A DNA stretch of 64,000 nucleotides, taken from the NCBI RefSeq assembly GCF_000315625.1, contig NW_005434565.1, forward strand, positions 112,374 to 176,373. The letters are read 5' to 3'. The position numbers and the translations under genes are program-made. Below the pieces are notes generated by a model. The model did no database searches. It was not told the DNA's origin and saw only the letters and a program-made list of their open reading frames with translations. Source of the DNA: Guillardia theta CCMP2712 (taxonomy: Eukaryota; Protista; Cryptophyta). This document shows positions 49,982 to 62,121 of this stretch, one piece after another; within the stretch, counting starts at the first letter, position 1, and each line of letters opens with the position of its first letter.

Positions 49982-51628
49982 GTCGTGGAGAACAATTAAG
50001 AAGACAAGGAAGAGATGTAGGAGGATAGAAAAGGCGAGAAGGAGGACGAGGACTAGGGCGGGGATAAGGGGCAGAGATCAGTGTGACATTACCAACTCTC
50101 AAAGAATTGACATTTCTTGCAAGATGTTTCCACGATCACCGGAGGAGGATCATCCTGAGAAGTGACCAGCAGGACGTGTGCGACGGATTTTGACTCCTCG
50201 CTGCTGCCTTCGAGCATCTGATGAGGACGGCAGAAGTTGGAAAGGTCTCTGTCACAAATCTTGCTACCAACGTTCTCCTCCCCTCTACCTGCAAGCTTCC
50301 GCCCTGCCCGAAGATCTGGGCAGAGACATCCTCCCTCTTGAAACTTGTGAAGAAAGTCAGAGAGAAGTTTCCCCTGTCTTTCAACTGCACAATCTTGATG
50401 CTTCCATCCCTTTGCGAAACTGCGCGTTCCCGTACACCGTCGCAGCCTAAACTCCTTTCAGTCTCAAGCTAGGCAAGAGACAGGTTCATAAACACCTTGG
50501 TAACTCGAACTCCGCACTTCTTGACAACATACACTGAGAACGCAAGGGCAAAATGCTTAGAATCCCTTGTCTCCCAACTTCAGCTATTTGCAAGGGAAGC
50601 AGGACGATCACCTGAGAGAAAATTTTTCTGTGTTGATTTTCACTGCTCCCCATTCCTCTGCATAAAGACAGGAAACTTATGAGCTAGCCAGACCCTTCAA
50701 CGAGCCTCTCCTCACCATTGCCTAAGTACTCCAGCATGTCTACTCGTGCTCTGACTTCTTCGTTCATGAAGAGACCATGAAAGATTGCCGGCCGCTCACC
50801 ATCCTCGCAGTCTAGGAAACTTCTCCCGCGGTTCTCCTCCTGGATCCTATGGAGCGTGGCCATGGTGGCATCAAGAAGACTAACGGATCTGCTTGGCTCC
50901 GGCTTCTCGCTCCTGGACGTGTTGTCCTCAGAAACTCAGGTGCCTCTTATGATCGTTTGTTACCTGGGGTGGAGAAGTTCCCTGTACATTTCATGCCGTC
51001 TCGTCTCTTGTTCATACTTCCACTTCTCTTCTTCTGTGGATTCTTCGAGCCCGTAGTGCCGTATGTTCCATCCTTTCCTCTCGCATTCTACGGCGGTCGA
51101 TTTGTACAGGCTGTAGTTGATAGGAAACGAGGCCGTTGGCTCCTCTACCGAGAGGTCGTGGAGGAAGAAAGAAGCATCTTGAGGCTGACTATCGGTTGTC
51201 TGATCCAGCACTGATCGATCATGGTCGTTCGCATCCTCGATCTCGCTCTCATCTCCCAAGTGCAGTGATCCAAGGATCTCCCCTAGAGAATCTTCTTCCC
51301 CTCCTCCTTCGACCGGATCCATTGCACGCGGCGGGCTTCCAAGCTGCTCCACAATCTCTCCTCCTCTCTCAATCCTGACTGTAACGCTGGTTAGTCCGCC
51401 TCCCTCCCGCGTCTCCTCTCACCTCCTCCTCCTTCCCTCCCTTTGCGCACCTCCTCCAGCTGACCTCAAAACTTGAGCAGATCTTAAAAATAGTAGGACG
51501 CCTTCCCTAAGGCATGTCTTGACAGGGTCCTGATCCTGGCAATTGTCTTCAATATCACCAGAGTCAGACTCATGCTGATCAAGATGACCGTCGACATCAT
51601 GATCATCGTCAGATCCAACACAAGACTA
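47964..51628 (-). CDS. DUF2779-family nuclease (N-terminal RecB/PD-(D/E)XK-like fold + C-terminal RNase H-like DEDD exonuclease); many introns, start uncertain
   Basis: Exons give YPCFYLDFET, FQYSLH, LEEEGSIVIY, YHPDLRGSHSIKDVLPALVP and LLNYCKLDTLALV. N-terminal exons give YSLYKSTAVECERKGW, AIFHGLF...RARVDML, LAFSVYVVKKCG and SCKKCQFF. Confidence 0.78.
49146..49226. repeat. (GGGAGA)n intronic microsatellite
   Basis: Read directly from the sequence. Confidence 0.9.
49810..49981. repeat. (GAGGAC)n intronic microsatellite
   Basis: Read directly from the sequence; lies between exons of the DUF2779 gene. Confidence 0.9.
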
Positions 51629-51847
51629 GGGGACAATGGCAACTGTCCAGCATCGGAGACAAGATTGCGGAGCACGTCATCAGATGCTGTCTGTCGCTTG
51701 ACATCTGGACGACAGCCAGTGAAAGGAAAGGTTTTACTGTTAAATCACAAGAGTTGAAGGTACTTTGAATCACTGAGAAACATAAAATTCATCAATGTGC
51801 AAATGGATGCTGAATCCACTGCTCGTTCCTCACTGTTCTCAATCTCT

Positions 51848-54079
51848 TCAGATCAAAACTTCGTCCACCTCTGCCGTCTCTTCATCGCTCTCTTCCAACC
51901 TTCGTCGCTTGATCGTCTGCTTGCTTTCCACTTCCACAACTTGATGCTCTTCTTCTCCTTCTGATCCTTCTCGCTCCTCCTCCTCCTCCTCCTCCTCCTC
52001 GGATTCAAGTTGATCTCTTACCCTCCTCACTTCTCTCTTCTGTACTTCTTCGCCATTTCCTGAAGCAGAATCGCTGTCACGGTCTGACCCCTCCTCCTCG
52101 GAATCGCTGTGCCGCTGCAGACGGAGCTTCTTTCTGTCAGTCGATGTTGAGACTACAGCGGGCTGAGCCTGAAAGAAGGAGTTGATCCCCTTCTGGTTGG
52201 CCGTGCGGTCGAAGGGCTTCGTGGGGGGAGTCTTCTTGTTGGTGCTGGTCCGGTTCTTCGGAGTTCGGGCCAGTGATTCACCCGCGGGTTCTTGATGATT
52301 TGACTCCTTTGATTCCTTCTTTGTCGGGCGACTTTCTTTCCTCTTCTTCTTCTTCCTGACAGCGCTGGTGTCATCTGATCGCAGAGAACTCTGTATCTCC
52401 TCGATTTCAAGAGCACAAAGCTCCAGCTCTTTGATCGACGGATCGTAAGAGTAAAAGGTGAAGTCTGACGCAAAGCATCCAGGATTTGCAACCTGAGTAG
52501 ACTTGAAGGTGATGGTATAAGCGCTGGCTTTGTCACCCAGAATCAAGACATTCGGGAGAGGGTACATCCTTAAGGCATGATCGTAGTTCCAGTCGATGGG
52601 CGCTACATGAAGAGGAAGGGGGCAGAGGTGGCCCTGGCACAGGATTGTCTTCGCCGCGTGCTCGTAGACTGACTTCTCGGTATTGGAAGGCCGTCTGCTG
52701 TACTGACGAAGCTTGGAACAGATGTCGTCACGGTGAAACAAGAGCTCTTGGCTGTAGAATTTGATTCTGCAAGGATCTGATGTGAAGGTGCTGGATGGAA
52801 CCTTGTTCTTAAAAGGCTCGGTGATGACGGTTGGAAGCGAATTCCTTGGCAAGATCATGCCGTTGCTCCCTAGAACATCGTTGGGACCCGGGATGAAGAT
52901 GAAGCTTGATTTGTTCTCAAGGTTCTTGAAACTCTGGATTATGGTCCCCAACTAAAAAGAAAGAATCAGTGATGATTTGCAACGGAAAATGTTATGGAAC
53001 CTGATCAAACAACTCTCGGTGCAACGTGTAATTCTTTGGGGCAGGTTGAGATGTGAAGTTTCCCATGAAAACAAAGATCAAGAACAAATCTGAATCTTCA
53101 CCAGCTTCTTTGCAGGCTGAGTCGTATCGAAACAACATCATTTTGAGACCGTTCATGACTTTCGCCCTATCCAACCAAACATCGGACAGCACGATCACCC
53201 TAGTCCCTGCTTGCTGTGATTCCTCAGCCCTCAGAGATTCCAGTTCCTCGTTCGTGTATGGCTTCCTGTTGGTGGGCACAGATAGCGTGGGGAAAATCCT
53301 ACATGTTTCTTTGCGATCTTCGGCGGGCGGCATTGCGAGCACCTGGACCACAAAAATGTCTCCCTTCATCATGCCTTGAGCAACCACCACACAGTTCTCA
53401 GTAAACAATCCAACAGATGTATCAGCGTTTGAAAGATCAATTTCTATTTCGCCAGTCAAGTCTTCAAGGTGGAATTTTCCTTCTTTGGGCTGTGTCAGAA
53501 GTCCCAGTACACAAGAAGACTGTCCAGGGTTTCGACGCAGGCTGGTAATGCTGGAAATCTCCTGATAAGTCGAGTCTTGAACGAACTTCTTCTTTTCGAA
53601 GATCTCGTTCCGCATGACGCGCTGGTTTATGATCTCATATCGTTCACGGAAGGCTTGAAGTCGATTGAACTGAACTTTTTTCGCAGAGATGGATCTTGAA
53701 GATCCATCTTCGCGAAGGAAGACTTTCCTATCTTTGTCGTACCTAGAGATTGGTGTCTCCTTGTGGTCGATGATTACAATCGCCTCCGTCGATTCTCCGT
53801 CCCTTTGCTCGGTTTCATTGATGATCTCCTGGACGAGCTCAGAAGTGATCTTCGACTGTGAAACTGGAGGCATACAGTCAGAAACAAGTTCAACTTTCAT
53901 GAATCGCCCTCACAGTTGGGATGGTTCTTGATCCGGACGACAAGGTCCTTCAAGCTTGCGTCAAAGTCTTCGGATTTTTGAAGGTACTCCATGACGGAAT
54001 TCAGTGTGTCCTTCCCCGTCAAGACAAGTCCATTCATCCTGAAGCAGGACCATACCTCCTTTTGCTGCTTTCGAGACAT
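51848..54079 (-). CDS. POLE2: DNA polymerase epsilon subunit B (DPB2) with a C-terminal extension
   Basis: FRERYEIINQRVMRN, LGLLTQPKEGKFHLEDLTG, GLFTENCVVVAQG, VLSDVWLD, FVFMGNF, FIFIPGPND, DPCRIKFYSQE, QGHLCPLP...PIDWNYDHALRMYPLP, NPGCF. Two short introns near 53865-53912 and 52952-53000. Confidence 0.95.
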
Positions 54080-54494
54080 GGCCAGGAATGCTGGTCAAAC
54101 AAATCCTGATGAAGAACGCCTCAGTCACGTATCAGCAGATCCCGCCCCCCTTGCATTGACACCGCTTCACAGAAATGCTCTTAAAATCTTCGTACAGATA
54201 TGCTCAGCCATATCCCTATCTTCCATCCTAGATGGATCGATTTCTTTCTGAAAGAATGAAGTTCCTCTCGTACCTGGTCGCTACATCTTTCAAGACCAGC
54301 TTAACGTTCTGAACATTTTTGTTGATAGCCTACATCAGTATCCTGGAAATCCTTGCCCCATCACACCTGCTTCCCCCATTGTTTCTCTTCTCTGTCCCCT
54401 CATTTCATCCTTCTTTCCCCTTCTTATCTCTTCTCGAATCGAATCGTTTCCCTCTTCCTCGTCTCCTCTCGTCATTCGGTCTCCTCCTTTTCTA

Positions 54495-54607
54495 CCTGCT
54501 GCCTGCTGCCTGCTGCCTGCTGCCTGCTGCCTGCTGCCTGCTGCCTGCTGCCTGCTGCCTGCTGCCTGCTGCCTGCTGCCTGCTGCCTGCTGCCTGCTGC
54601 CTGCTGC
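54495..54607. repeat. (CTGCCTG)n heptamer microsatellite
   Basis: Read directly from the sequence; intergenic. Confidence 0.9.
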
Positions 54608-55032
54608 CTCCTACTCCTCCTCCTGTTCCTCCTCCATCTTTCTTCCTCTCTTCTCCGCTGCCTCCCCCTCCCCATTTCATATCGACGGGCATTGCGCGCC
54701 AAAATCCCTAGAGTGACCCTCATACAACCAAGCCCACCTCAGTGAAGAATTCCCTACCCTCCTACCCCTACCCCACCCCTTCCTAATCGAGTACCCACCC
54801 TTTCTAAATAAACTTATCCACCCCTACTTTTCTAAATAAATTCACCCTACCCCCTACCCCGTGTGCAACTTTTTCAAAAGATCGAGGGATTGACGAGACT
54901 TGTCATTCGAAATGGTGAGAAAAACATGGAGGAGGAGGACGAGGAGGACGAGGAGGGCGACGAGGAGGAGGAGGAGGAGGAGGAGGACGATGACGAGGAG
55001 GGCGACGAGGAGGAAAAGGAGGACGAGGAGGG

Positions 55033-55063
<31 letters not shown>

Positions 55064-55250
55064 CAAGTCAAAGAAAAGGTGGAACAACAAACAGGAAGGC
55101 AACAGATTGGAGTCAAACAAGATCCTGAGTGTTTAGAGTCCCGGGAGTGGGCTGTGAGAGTCTCTGACTTGCCTCAAGGTTGCAGCCAACATCATCGTCG
55201 GGATATTGATCATACTGTTTGCATTGACGTTTGACGCTGTGAGGTCTGAA

Positions 55251-58200
55251 ATGTGGTTTGGAGGGCTCACCGGCCATAGCTCACCTGGGTTCCGAACAGT
55301 GCTCCCATTCTTGGTGTTTTCAAAGGATCTGCTCGAATCTTCGCTGCTACTTCAACGTACTTCCGCAAGATCTTCGGTCTCTTGTAGTTTTCCTTCCTTC
55401 CTCTCCCTGACCTGCGAGGTGCAAGCAGGAAAGTCTGCGGCCCTGCAGGCAGCGAACAAGAAGGACGATGATGCGAAGGCTCCTCCTCAGGTGTCTCAGT
55501 GTGCTCGCGCTGTCGGCCGGTAGTTCTGATAGGAGCGATGCAAGCTGTCGGAAGAGATCAAGGAAGAAGTCGCCAAGCTGGTCCGCACGATGATGACAAG
55601 GGCGGGGAGCGAGAATGCCGCAGAGGTCGCAACGCATCGATTTTCGTCGCAGACAGGCTGACAGACTGTTGAAGAATGCTCGGAATGACCTGCCCCCGAG
55701 CTCCGCGACGGTGAGGGTGGGATGATGGAGATGAGAAGTTCTGAGGAGCAGCTGCAGCAGCAGCCGAACGATCTGAACGAGGAGTTGAAGTCGAGTTACA
55801 ACAGGTTGAGGGCAGAGATTGCAGCAGCCAAGTAAGTAGGAGGAAGCGGAGGAGGGGGATGGGGAAGAGGAAGATGAGCAGCAGCAACAGCAGGTGGAGT
55901 GTGGGAGGGAAGGAGGGGGGGGGTTGGGGTGACAGGAGGAGGAGGAGGAGGAGGAGGAGGAGGAGGTGCTGGTGGTGGTGGATGAGCGGAGGAGGAGGAT
56001 GATGAGGCTGAGGAGGAGTGTCTTCGTCCTGATAGCCTCCAGGCAAGAGAGCTTGGAATTGCAAAACCTGAGGACGGAGGTGACGAGTGCTTCAACTTTG
56101 GGGGTTGCGGGGGCGTGTGAAGGAATGTAAGAATTCTTTCAATGTCACTGACAGATGTCTGTTATCCTTCAGGTCGAGATGTCGTTGCAGAGTTTGCGGA
56201 TTGAGATCGAGCAAGCTGCCGACGCCAAGAACAGGAGCGTCACTCATGTACAATCCCTCCCTTCCCTCCTACTCCTGCTACTCCTCTGCCTGCTTCTGAA
56301 CTTTCCGTTTCTTGTCGCACTTTGGCAGTTTCGAAAGGAGCTGGAGAGTACAAACTTGTCAATCGCAAGATTTGAGAATGAGGTGAGTGAACCTACGATC
56401 TTTCCTTGCCTCGCCTTGTTGTCATCTACTGACTTTGGGCCTTTAGATCCAGAGGATGGACACGTTGATACAATCCGAGAGAGGGAATTCTGAGGTGAAT
56501 GAGGGAGAGACAGAGAAGAAGCAAGGGAGGGATTGGGCAAGGAGTAAGAGGAGTAAGAGGAGGAGGAGTAAGAGGAAGAGGAGTAAGAGGAACAAAAGGA
56601 GGAGGAGGAGGAGTAAGTGGAGGAGGAGGAGGAGGAGTAGAGTATCAATGGATCCACGTGAACTTGTTCTTTGGCTTGCAGGAATTGAAGAAGAAAAGTG
56701 AAGATCTCGACAATCAGCTCAGAGATCTGAGAGCTCAGCATGTCTGTCTGCCTGCTGTGATCATGTTTGTTCCTCACTACATTCTCCAACAGGACCTTCT
56801 GGGCCTCGAAGTTGGTCATGTCAGAAACCAACTGAGCAAACCTGTCAAGGAAGTATCGTTCCACCATGTCAGCTCAAACCATGTTTCCCTGTTGTGTTGG
56901 TTTATTGTGAGGAATCTTTGCTTTCAGACGGCTGTTGACAAGATGGAAGTGGACAAGCTGAGAGAGAGGATGGAAGGTTTTGAAACACAAGTGAGTGTCG
57001 CATCTGCGTCTGCATGTTTGCTGAAGTTGGTCTGAGCAGCTGATGAGCCTGGGCGAGAGAAGAACGAGGGAGGAGTCAACAATAGCAGACACAACAACTT
57101 GTGAAAGGACGAATCACGAACTCAGCAGCGATGTGAGAGTGATTTGACAGTGTTCTGTTGACTTGTTGGTGATGTTCAAATTGTTGCAGCTGGATGCAAG
57201 GGCAGCCCAACTCACCAAGACAGCTTCAGAGGTGAACACGTTGCAGAAATTTCGAGAGAGCAAACTTTCTTTCTTGAAACAAGAGCGCTTGTTGAACTCA
57301 CTATATGCGTGTGCTCATGTCTGCAACCATTCAGGTGCTGGGTGCAAAGAAAATGATCGAGTTGTTGCACACGGAGTACAAGCAAGAGTGAGAGTTGTCA
57401 GAGGCGAAGAAGATCTGTTGATCATGATCCCAGAAAGATCGCCATCGAGACAAGAATTAAGCAGATGGATGAGAAAGTCGAACAGGTTTGAGCTGACTTC
57501 TTTTGCCTCCTCCTCCTCCTCCTCCTCCTCCTCCTCCTCCTCCTCCTCCTCCTCCTCCTCCTCCTCCTCCTCCTCTTCTGATAACCCAGCAGGTTTCTTC
57601 TTCCAACCTCGAGGCGCTGGCAGCTCTTGAAGCGATTCGATACAAGGTCAGACTGTCCTTGCTCCCTCGTCTCCTCATCCATCTTTGACTTGCAGTACAA
57701 CGAGTTTCTGACGCTCTCCAACGAGCTGAACGCGATGAAAGACGAAGTTGATTGCCCTTGACATGTTGTGCTGGACTGATGATGATGAAGACGAACAGTC
57801 TGATCAAGGAGAGCTCTGGCAAGGTGAGCAGAGGGGACGAGGGAGAGGGAGAAATGAAGATGAGACGCGGGAAGAGCCAGGACGAGGAAGGAGAGGGTTT
57901 GAGAGGATGTAATCAAGGGAGAGGAGGGAGGAGCAGGAGCAGGAACAAGAGGAGAAGCAGGAGAAGGAGGGAAGGAGAGAAGAAAAGGAGCAGAGGAGCG
58001 AGGAGAAGGAGGAGGAGAGATGTCTTGTTGATGTATTCTGAAATGATGCAGATGAAGGAGATCTCCACTGTTCTCGATCAAGTGCAGGAGCTGAGAAGGG
58101 AGATGACGGTGAGACCGCAGACAGAAATCATAAGATACCATAGCACAACGTCTTCATCTCACATTACAACATGTCATATTATAGCATAACAAGACATATG

Positions 58201-60055
58201 TCAGCAGTGTTGTGACGTTCAGAATAATCGGGTTACATATCAGTCTCATCTCATCTCATTCCATCTGATCTCATCTTGTATCAAATCATGAATTTGAATG
58301 CAGTTGAGGGACGACGCTCTTGACATTCGGTTGAGAGGTAAGGATTCTGAGAATTCCTCCTTGAATCTTGTTTGTACTTTTCTTTCTCCTTTTCTTCTCC
58401 CACTTTCTTCTTTCTCCCCTTTCCTTTCTCTTCTCACTCCTCTTCTTCTTACATTCTCTTCAAGAACTCAAAGTGCAGCTGAAAGAATACATAGTGAACA
58501 AGAAGAAGGCAAAAGATCCCTCTCCCTCTCCTCCTCCTTCTCCTTCGTCTTCTCCTTCTCCTTCTTCTCCTCCGCCCCCCCCCCCCCCCGCCCGCCCCCC
58601 CTTTTCTCCTCCTCCTGATTTTCTGCATCGCCTCCCTCTCTTCTCCTCCCCTCTCCCCTCTCCTCTCTTTTCCCTCCCTTCCTCCCCGCTCATCTCAAGT
58701 CTCTCCAGGAGCTCGACGGAGCCTCCACCCCTTCTCGCCCGACGTTCACGCCCGTCTCTTCTCCTCCTGCGCTGACATCGGAGTCACGATGCCCTTCAGA
58801 TCAAGCGACCAGGCGCGACAGGAGAATTTCAAGGTGCGGAATCATGAGGAGGGGCAGAGAGGGAGCTGGAGAAGAAGAACATGAGAGGAGGAGGAGAGGA
58901 GGAGGAGGAGTTGGTGTTGGTGGTGGAGGAGGTGTAACAACGTTACAGGAGCAACGCCGTCAGCAGGTCTTCTTCCTTCTCTCACGCTTCCTTGTGCCTC
59001 CCCCCCCTCATCTTCTCCCCAGCCCATCAGGGGGTTGGCGGCGACGGCACGGCCAGCAAACTTTCCTTGCGCTCTCAGTCGCCGTCTGAGGTCTCAACGA
59101 GGAGGAACGAAGCCGCTAGACCTTCTCCCGAAGCTCATCAAGACGTGAGACGATCCTGCTCGTCGATGACTTCCTCCTCGTCTCCTGCTGCTGCTGCTGA
59201 TCCTCCTCCTCCTCCTCCTCCTCCTCCTCCTCCTCCTCCTCCTCCTCCTCCTCCTCCTCCTCATTCTCATCCTTTGCTCTCAGGTTGGCATAGGAGTCAA
59301 GTTCTCAGCGACAGGGGACGGGCTGCTGGTAACCTTTCCTCCTTGTCTCTCCTCCTCTCTCCCCTACTCTTCTCCCTCGCTCCTTCCCTCCTTCCCTTCC
59401 CCCTTCTCTTGCTCCTCCAACTCCTCCAACTCCTCCTCGCCTCCCTCATCCTTGCCGCAGGTCGTCGATCTCGTTCCCAACAGCGCTGCCGCCCATGTCT
59501 CGGCCGTTCTCCTCCTCTCCGCACTGACTCGTCTACCTCAGAGCGGCGAGGTTCTCATAGGCGATCGTGTCGTCACCATTGACGGGCAAGACATCTCCAT
59601 GGTGGGGACTCCTTCCCTCCCTCCTCCCTCCCTTCTCCTGCTTCTGCTCCCGCTCCCGCTCCCGCTCCTGCTCCGCGTGCTGCTGCTGCTGCTCTCCCCC
59701 TCACCAGAACTCCAGCTGCCGTCCTCGGAGGCCGTCCGCAAGATCCTCGGAGCCCCGAACTCACTGGTCACTCTCGGAATCAATCGCCATGGGCAGGCGA
59801 GTAACAGAAGTCCCTCCTCCTCCTACTCCTACTCCTCCTACTCCTTTCCTCCTCAACCCAATCATTCCCTCCTTTCCTTCCTCCTCCTTTTCCCTCTTCC
59901 TCCTCCTCCTCCTCCTCCCAATCATTCCCTGCTCTACCTCCTCCTCTGCCATCTCTTTCCCCCCTCTCTCCTTGTTCTCCAATCTTCTTCCCTCAAATTC
60001 TCTACAGTCAAGGAGCGTCAAGTTGGTCCGAGGCTGGACATCGAGCATGCCATGA
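55251..60055 (+). CDS. Coiled-coil protein with C-terminal PDZ domain; many exons, start uncertain
   Basis: Short heptad-rich exons (VEMSLQSLRIEIEQAADAKN; FRKELESTNLSIARFENE; ELKKKSEDLDNQLRDL). Spliced PDZ: VGIGVKFSATGDGLL|VVDLVPNSAAAH|SGEVLIGDRVVTIDGQDISM|LPSSEAVRKILGAPNSLVTLGINRHGQ|SRSVKLVRG. Confidence 0.7.
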
Positions 60056-60362
60056 CCGAGGGGAAGGAGGAGGGAGATAGCTAGAGGGTCGAGACTTGTT
60101 CATCTCTTGGCTTTTATCTTTCATCTGATCTTTTTTGTTTTTTGAACTTCACAAAGAAGAAATTCCCTGTGAGCAAAGAAAAAAACAGGTTTCCCTTACA
60201 ACTTCGATTACACATTTCATGGTACATCCTTCTGTTCAACCTTGTCGCCGTCCAACGCCAAGTCCCTCTCCATACATGTTGCGCCACCATTCGTTGTTTC
60301 CCGCTTGCTGATCCATCGCATGTACAGTCTCATCCATTCCCATGAGCAGCTTCTTACAAGCC

Positions 60363-62121
60363 TCAGGCCTGGTTCGCGTTCCACGTGGTTGGACCGGAGA
60401 CCGATCCTTGACCAAGACCATAGAGGACCTGCAGCGATAGTCAGACGACGCTTCCTCCTTCCATCCCATGACTCACCCCAGCATACTTGGATTCATCGAT
60501 GTTGTTCTCAAAAAATAATCTTGCCATTTTGAAAAATGTCAAAGATGTGACCTACACGCCTCAGTCAGGACGACACGCTCAACCAGCTGAGCTGCTCTTA
60601 CCAAGCTGTCGCTGCCTGCTTGATGCGACGGTCCCACCCTCTTCACCTGTCGGAGACATTCAACGGCTGCTTTCTGACAGCAGGGGGAAGACCTCGAGCG
60701 TCTCGGCAATGCGATTCAGACCTCCTTTCAGTGATTCGCAGCTCTTCATGATGTACTGCGTGGCCCAGTCAGGCCACTTTGTCAAAGTTCTAACAATCTC
60801 ACCTTGATATCGAAGAAGCATGGAAAGTAATCACCGAGCAGAGCAAAGAAGTCGCTTTCCTTCTCAGGAAGCTGTCAAAGAAATTCAGCCACACTGAATA
60901 GATGAAACCATCGTCCGACCTTGGCATTCGTCAACACTTTCACCAGATACCTGAAATTTCGCACTTATTAGCACGCGCATTTGAATTTAACGAGGGAAAA
61001 AGAAAAAAAAATATTACCCAAAATCGAAGTATGAATGGAAGGAAATCCATCGCACTTCCTCACTAAGAGTGAGTCCAGAAACCTGGAATACATCATCACT
61101 TCTTCTTACTCCCTCCCTCCCTTGTATACCATGAATAATCCCCCGAATTCTTCTACATCAATTCCATCTTTTTGATGCTTTTCAAAATCTACACCAGCCT
61201 GTTCGTCCAAGCCGTCAGCATGTCAACTCTCCCCCAGAAAACGAGATGTGCTTGATACCTTTCGCAGCAGATCGATCGAATCTTGGGCGAAAATATCATT
61301 TTCCAGATCAAAGCTGGAAGATATGTCATGGAAACACACCCGACCTTGCAAGTCCCAACCTGAAATGAAATTGCCATGTGCACCTTTCATGTAAGTTTCC
61401 GTTCTCGTCCGAGAAAGTTAATCCGAGCTGAGAAATTCCACTCAGCTACATGTCTGGCAACGGACGGGTATACCTGAATTATCCTTAACAGGTCAACATT
61501 GCATTTCACAGTCTGGAGAAGAAGTGTAAGAACGAGGACGAGCTCGTCATTTCGAGTGAATCAAAATTCTTCGAAATGAGGCATAGCCGAACAAAGACAG
61601 GACACATAATTACTTGATATTGATAATCTGTGTGAGAACGGAAGGTTCCATAAGGCCTTGCAACAACACCAGGAAATTCCGTGTCCATAGCAACGTATGG
61701 GTGCTTCAAGGAAGAACAAAAAGAATCAACAACCTCAAAGTCCCCCGCTCCATCCGTTCTCCTCACCGTTTGAACGATGTCAGAGATCTCCCTGAAGGCG
61801 TCTTCAAGATTATGCCTCCACACATTGATGATATTGGTGTCGTCAACAATCACAGGCTGGTTTGCCGCCAAGAGTTCGTTCATCATCGGAGCGGTCATCC
61901 CGGCACCTTGGTCGTCCTGGCGACAACGTGAGCTAACCTTCACTTCACGCTCTCCTTCCCTCCACGCTCTCCTTCCTCACCATGGACTGCTGATTCATCC
62001 ATTCTGTTTGAGCAGAAAGTGTTGAGAGCTCGCTCGGTTCTCCGGGCGCGTCCCAGTCCTCTCCGTCGCCAATGGTCTCATCGTCTCCCTGCGCACCATC
62101 TCCTTCGGGTGCCATGGCCAT
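60363..62121 (-). CDS. CAF1: CCR4-NOT deadenylase subunit CAF1/POP2 (CNOT7/8)
   Basis: HPYVAMDTEFPGVVARP, VKCNVDLLRIIQ|LGLTF, WQFHF, WISFHSYFDFG|YLVK, LKGGLNRIA, RVGPSHQAGSDSL, KYAG|VLYGLG across ~13 short introns; stop at 60363. Confidence 0.93.

Noticed and set aside
49701-50165. Poly-RP, poly-RT and poly-DE ORFs
   Set aside because: (GAGGAC)n microsatellite that is open in several frames.
54319-54745. CCLLPAA-repeat ORFs
   Set aside because: Translation of a 7-bp microsatellite.
47964-62121. DUF2779 + POLE2 + CAF1 as a functional nuclease/replication cluster
   Set aside because: Independent intron-containing genes with an unrelated gene between them; no evidence of operon-like coupling.
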